From Octopus sinensis (taxonomy: Eukaryota): a stretch of 40,232 bases of DNA. The first letter of the stretch is position 1, and every line of letters begins with the position of its first letter. Position numbers and translations under genes: made by a program. The notes under the pieces were generated by a model. The model saw only the letters and a program-made list of their open reading frames with translations, was not told where the DNA came from and ran no database searches. The DNA is taken from NCBI RefSeq assembly GCF_006345805.1, contig NW_021835399.1, forward strand, positions 1 to 40,232, given 5' to 3'. Below are positions 37,406 to 40,232 of this stretch, one piece after another.

Positions 37406-38536
37406 CTCTTACCTACATTACTAAAAAGAATTAAATTATTCATCACATTCAGCAACATATTCACACACATACAAGAAGTTCCAACCCTGACCACTACGCT
37501 CTCTTCTTGAAGATTGCATATCTAGCATATCTAGCACTACTTTATCCATCAATAGGATGTGATTTGAGATTGAGATTTGGCTGCTATTTCCAGGAGATTG
37601 GGCAATCGTGTAGATGGCTTTTCTTTGTAGAAGCAGTATGTAGTGGACCCTATCCGAATATTGTTGAATGTTAATAACTAAAGTAGGTTAAATGTTGAAT
37701 ACTGTACCAAAACGGAAGCTAAATTGCAATGCTACAATTTTCATGAGGGTGAGCACTGAATATACTGTATAGGAGGGGACCTGTGGGGGAAAGATCAAGA
37801 GAAAGTCTACGTCATTGGTGAACTGGAATCATTTTAATTCCAGACATAGCTAAATATACTGTAGTTTATATTGCTTACGATTTTTCATAGACATCGTAAA
37901 CTACACCTTGCACCCGCACTCACACACACACATATGCACACATGCGTACGAACATTCACACATATACAACCACATGCGTACGAGCATTCACACATGTAAA
38001 TTTATATAGAAATTCACTATTGATCTTTGTCGTAATCATCATATGTCAACAGCCAAGCACCAAATATTTCATGCAGATATTGCTTGTGATGGTAACGTTG
38101 TTGTAATAGAATATCACTGATTGATTGGTAGATCAATACCTATGCTATTTTATAGTATTAGTCTGTCAACTGAGGCAAGAAATTCCAGTCAACAACTACG
38201 TCAAGCAGTAAAAGGTTATGACGTCAAGACCAGTTTTGATAATAGAGGCGTCACTAAAGTATGATGATACCACCAACGCGTCAGTCAGAGCAGAGTCAAT
38301 AGCGTCGATATAACTACCGACAGCCGAACACAAAGTGCATGCACCTCCGTTCTGACGAAGTCGCTCGTAGATTAAAATAACACTACATCACAATGACGAA
38401 AGCATTTCTGATTGTGTGTGTATGCGCGTATTGCATGCGCATGTTAATATATAGGAATGTGCATCTATTCTGTGTGCATGTATGTATACATATACGTAAG
38501 TATGCTTGTGAATATATATATAATATATATATATTA

Positions 38537-38593
<57 letters not shown>

Positions 38594-38594
38594 G

Positions 38595-38730
38595 GATTAT
38601 ATATAGATGACGGGCTTCCTCCAATTTCCGTTGCTAAATCAACGCACAAGGCTTTGGTTGGTGAGAGTCTATAGTAGAAAACACCCACCCAAGGTGCGAC
38701 GCAGTGGGATTGAACCCGTAACCATGTGGT
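38595..38730 (-). mobile_element. SINE family A head fragment
   Basis: gacgggcttcctccaatttccgttgctaaatc...ccaaggtgcgacgcagtgggattgaaccc. Confidence 0.75.
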
Positions 38731-39089
38731 TATATATATATGTAGGAGTTTCTCCCGTCGTGAAAAAAAATGAGGGCCATATATATATATATAAGAAATT
38801 CTATAAGAAATTCTTCAGACAAAGAATTAAAATAACAGAGAATTTACACTTGACTGAAGATTTAATTTATAGTCAACAATGGATAGTTAGAGTGGAGAAG
38901 AAAGAGAAAAATATACGCACGCATGTATAGTTATTGCTGGTTTAGTTGAAGATTAATTGGGTTCCAGAAGAAGTACGATTAAAGTTATTGCATGCGAGAC
39001 TGTCCTGTATTTTATTCGGAAATAATGTAACCAGATATATTTATACGAGATATAGTTATCCTTATTTTAGGATTACTTTTGTAAAATTG

Positions 39090-39214
39090 CTTTCTTTCCA
39101 ATCCGGTGGCCTTGGGTTCAGTCTCACTATATGCCATCTTGGGCAATATTTTTCTACTATAATTCTGAGCCGACCAAGAGCAAAGCCTTGCGCGTGGTTT
39201 TGCAGACGAAGCCC

Positions 39215-39215
<1 letters not shown>
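39090..39215 (+). mobile_element. SINE family A head fragment
   Basis: ttgggttcagtctcactatatgccatcttgggcaa...ccgaccaagagcaaagccttg. Confidence 0.7.
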
Positions 39216-39254
<39 letters not shown>

Positions 39255-39417
39255 AGCAACGTGAAATAATGTCTTGCTCAAGGACACAACGCGTCCTATA
39301 TATTATATATATATATATATATAATATATATATAGATTATATATATATATATATATATATAATAATATATATATTATATATATCATATATATAAATTATA
39401 TATATATATATATATAT

Positions 39418-39482
<65 letters not shown>

Positions 39483-39484
39483 AT

Positions 39485-39795
39485 GTGAGGGCGTGTGCTT
39501 AGTAGGCAGGGCAATCGGCTCAAGATGGTACGGTCGTGCGTTCAATTCCCGGAGACGCGTTGTGTCCTTGAGCAAGACTTTATTTCACGTTGCTCAAGTC
39601 TACTCAGCTAGCAAAAATGAGTAGTACCAGTATTTCAAAGAGTCAATCTTGTCACACTTTGTGTCACGTTGAATTGCCCTGACAACTACGTGTCCGTGGA
39701 GTGCTCAGCCACTTGCACGTTAATTTTCACTAGCAAGCTGTTACGTTGATCAGATCAGCAGGGAACCTCGTCGTCGTAACCAACGGAGTGTTCCT
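39485..39795 (+). mobile_element. SINE family C
   Basis: gtgagggcgtgtgcttagtagg...ttgtgtccttgagcaagac...cgtcgtcgtaaccaacggagtg. Confidence 0.8.
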
Positions 39796-39933
39796 TCATT
39801 CTCCATCTTATTTGCTGATGAAAAAATTGAGAAAAATCTTAGAAAAACAACAAATTGTCAAAACCATAAGGTAGTGCAAAACACTAAAATTCATTCTCAC
39901 TGGATCAAAAATGAACAAAGAAACTCCTAACTC

Positions 39934-40232
39934 AACTGCGATACTCACCGTTACCTAATTGAGGGGCCAGAATTTAAATTCAAAGTTGGCCAAACTTTCA
40001 AAGTAAGGTCTAAGCTCACCTGCAATACGGAAAACCTGATCTACGTAATTACATGCAATGGTTGAAAACGGGCGGATCGTTACGCAACAGAATGACGACC
40101 CATCGCTAACAGATCGTTTAAACAGCCATATTGCAACTTGTGCAGGAGAGGTTTTAGCAATTTTCAAAATTTTTCCGATCTACAAGTGCTCATATTCCTT
40201 CAACGAACAACAAAGACTAATTAAAGAAAGAC
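39934..40232 (+). pseudogene. Penelope-like element GIY-YIG endonuclease remnant, running off the window
   Basis: NCDTHRYLIEGPEFKFKVGQTFKVRSKLTCNTENLIYVITCNG*, then GSLRNRMTTHR*QI, then LNSHIATC...FKIFPIYKC...QQRLIKE. This is the PLE CxxC-linker/TC...NLIY.ITC/LR.R...H pattern with the YIG motif missing. Confidence 0.8.

Overview
AT-rich, microsatellite-saturated animal genomic DNA. It is most likely from an octopod cephalopod; this is inferred from recognising the SINE families and the repeat density, and no search was run. Nearly all ORFs in the supplied track are translations of (TA)n/(CA)n/(TATC)n/(TACA)n repeats or of SINEs. No host gene can be named; one possible coding exon lies at 16271-16467 (-). 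The window holds at least four tRNA-derived SINE families and two decayed mariner transposons. It also has two MITEs and remnants of CR1-like and RTE LINEs, a Ty3/Gypsy protease and two Penelope-like (PLE) GIY-YIG endonucleases. The main result is a set of unannotated minimal type I hammerhead ribozymes. One is a 55-nt solo ribozyme inside a (TA)n array (22279-22333, -). A second, partly decayed, sits in a PLE-like tail (25002-25054, +). Two identical ones cap the outer ends of a 3.5-kb fold-back structure (30800-34322). That structure has about 1.32-kb inverted arms built from about 626-bp subunits, extreme AC/GT strand skew, a central micro-hairpin where the skew flips, and a spacer copy that differs from the arms mostly by A>G and C>T transitions.
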